Shown in pieces: positions 23,604-24,545 of a stretch of 24,545 bases of DNA. Below the pieces are notes generated by a model. It was not told the origin of the DNA and searched no databases. It saw only the letters and a list, made by a program, of their open reading frames with translations. The position numbers and the translations under genes are program-made. Positions within the stretch are counted from its first letter, which is position 1, and each line of letters begins with the position of its first letter. Location of the stretch: positions 63,745-88,289 of the forward strand of contig CAYQPW010000002.1 in assembly GCA_964419565.1 (NCBI GenBank), read 5' to 3'. The DNA comes from an uncultured bacterium. Lineage in GTDB: Bacteria; Hydrothermota; Tepidihabitantia; SM23-42.

Positions 23604-24504
23604 ATTCATACTGGTTTTTATCGTTCTTTTATGCGCGATATTTCTCAGTATCGCAGTGGGACCGGTAGAGTTGAATTCCGATATTTTGCAGCTCCGTATT
23701 GCGCGCGTTATACTGGGCATTTTCGCTGGTGGTATCCTTGCTTTTTGTGGTGGTATGCTGCAGGGTCTGTTTGGCAACCCACTCGTTGAACCATATACCC
23801 TCGGCTCTGCCTCGGGTGCAGCACTCGGGGGTTCAATAGGCTTGCTATTATTTGGCACGATAAGCCCGTTATTTGCCTTCTTCGGCTCACTCGGAGTCGG
23901 TTTTTTCGTTTTCACGGTCGCCCGTATTAAAGGCGGGGTGCTACGCGACCGTTTGATCCTGGCCGGCGTTGTCATGAGCTTTCTGTGTTCATCCCTGGTT
24001 ATGATCATCATGGTCATGGGTGGTCGTGAACTATATGAGATACTTTATCTGTTAATGGGTTATCTTGGTATCGTCATAAATTCATCGAATCGCCTTATGA
24101 TAATTACGATGATCGCGCTTTCTGGCATCCTGCTCGTTTTTCTTTACCGATATTACCGAGAAATAGATATCATATCTCAAGGTATGGAAACGGCGGCTGG
24201 CCTGGGCATCGATATTCAGAAACTCTCGGTAACAATATTTCTTACGACTGCCCTACTCATCGGTATCACGGTTTCTCTAGTCGGCGCGATCGGGTTTGTC
24301 GGTCTCATCGTGCCTCATATCGCCAAGTTGATATTCGGTCCAAAGCACATTAAAAACTTACCTGCTTCATTTCTGCTCGGGGCGACTTTTCTCCTTCTTG
24401 CCGACACTCTTGCACGGGTGATCACGGTCTATGAACTCCCGGTTGGTGTCGTTACGTCACTTGTCGGTGTGCCGTTTTTCATTTACTTATATAGAAAACA
24501 ATGA
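23596..24504 (+). CDS. FecCD-family ABC permease (BtuC-like)
   Basis: 302 aa with ~9 TM helices. It carries FecCD signature regions (…LGSASGAALGG…, …GAIGFVGLIVPHIAKLIFGPKH…). The gene ends near the window edge; the cognate ATPase is presumably beyond it. Confidence 0.92.
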   Translation: MSKFILVFIVLLCAIFLSIAVGPVELNSDILQLRIARVILGIFAGGILAFCGGMLQGLFGNPLVEPYTLGSASGAALGGSIGLLLFGTISPLFAFFGSLGVGFFVFTVARIKGGVLRDRLILAGVVMSFLCSSLVMIIMVMGGRELYEILYLLMGYLGIVINSSNRLMIITMIALSGILLVFLYRYYREIDIISQGMETAAGLGIDIQKLSVTIFLTTALLIGITVSLVGAIGFVGLIVPHIAKLIFGPKHIKNLPASFLLGATFLLLADTLARVITVYELPVGVVTSLVGVPFFIYLYRKQ

Positions 24505-24545
24505 ACAGGTCTATCATACGCAATTGTTTGGTTTATCAAACTCTT

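Noticed and set aside
23559-24017. 152-aa minus-strand ORF (Pro/Arg/Lys-rich)
   Set aside because: It lies entirely antisense to the well-supported FecCD permease gene. Its composition is typical of an antisense frame of a hydrophobic membrane protein gene.

Overview
This 24.5-kb window is a densely packed chromosomal segment from a Gram-negative (diderm) bacterium. It carries a lapA-lapB operon and a protein with a T9SS C-terminal sorting domain, which points to the FCB superphylum. Several promoters are classical sigma70 TTGACA-16-TATAAT, which argues against Bacteroidia-type promoters. I call 22 protein-coding genes and no rRNA/tRNA, transposase, integrase or CRISPR.

The left 6.5 kb is a tightly coupled four-gene minus-strand unit: a HEAT-repeat protein, guaA, a membrane GAF-GGDEF diguanylate cyclase and a patatin-like phospholipase. 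A monocistronic nucleotide-sugar dehydrogenase (+) follows, with a strong GC-rich bidirectional terminator shared with convergent mutS (-). A minus-strand envelope operon lapA-lapB-TPR/SPOR diverges from ddl (+) across an unusual intergenic region. That region has phased A-tracts, a long homopyrimidine tract and five tandem YTACTCY heptamers.

Downstream lie an SPFH/band-7 protein and a minimal orphan class III nucleotidyl-cyclase domain (190 aa) with non-canonical active-site residues. The cyclase converges with only a 5-bp gap onto a NUDIX hydrolase. The NUDIX gene is preceded by a radical-SAM enzyme with a twitch/partial-SPASM domain. That enzyme lies 13 nt downstream of (likely translationally coupled to) a Cys-containing secreted protein with a T9SS sorting domain.

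The right 6 kb (+ strand) encodes DUF2007, a CapA-family protein with an FG-GAP/VCBS-like C-terminal region, a lipoprotein, a polytopic membrane protein, a FecR-domain protein and BtuF/BtuC-like B12/iron-chelate ABC components.

The most interesting candidates for undescribed biology are two. One is the radical-SAM/T9SS-cargo/NUDIX trio as a possible substrate-maturase pair. The other is the orphan atypical cyclase wedged between SPFH and NUDIX. A secondary pattern is three consensus promoters whose -10 hexamer ends exactly 5 nt before the ATG, implying leaderless mRNAs. All functional calls come from motif recognition by eye; no database search was possible.
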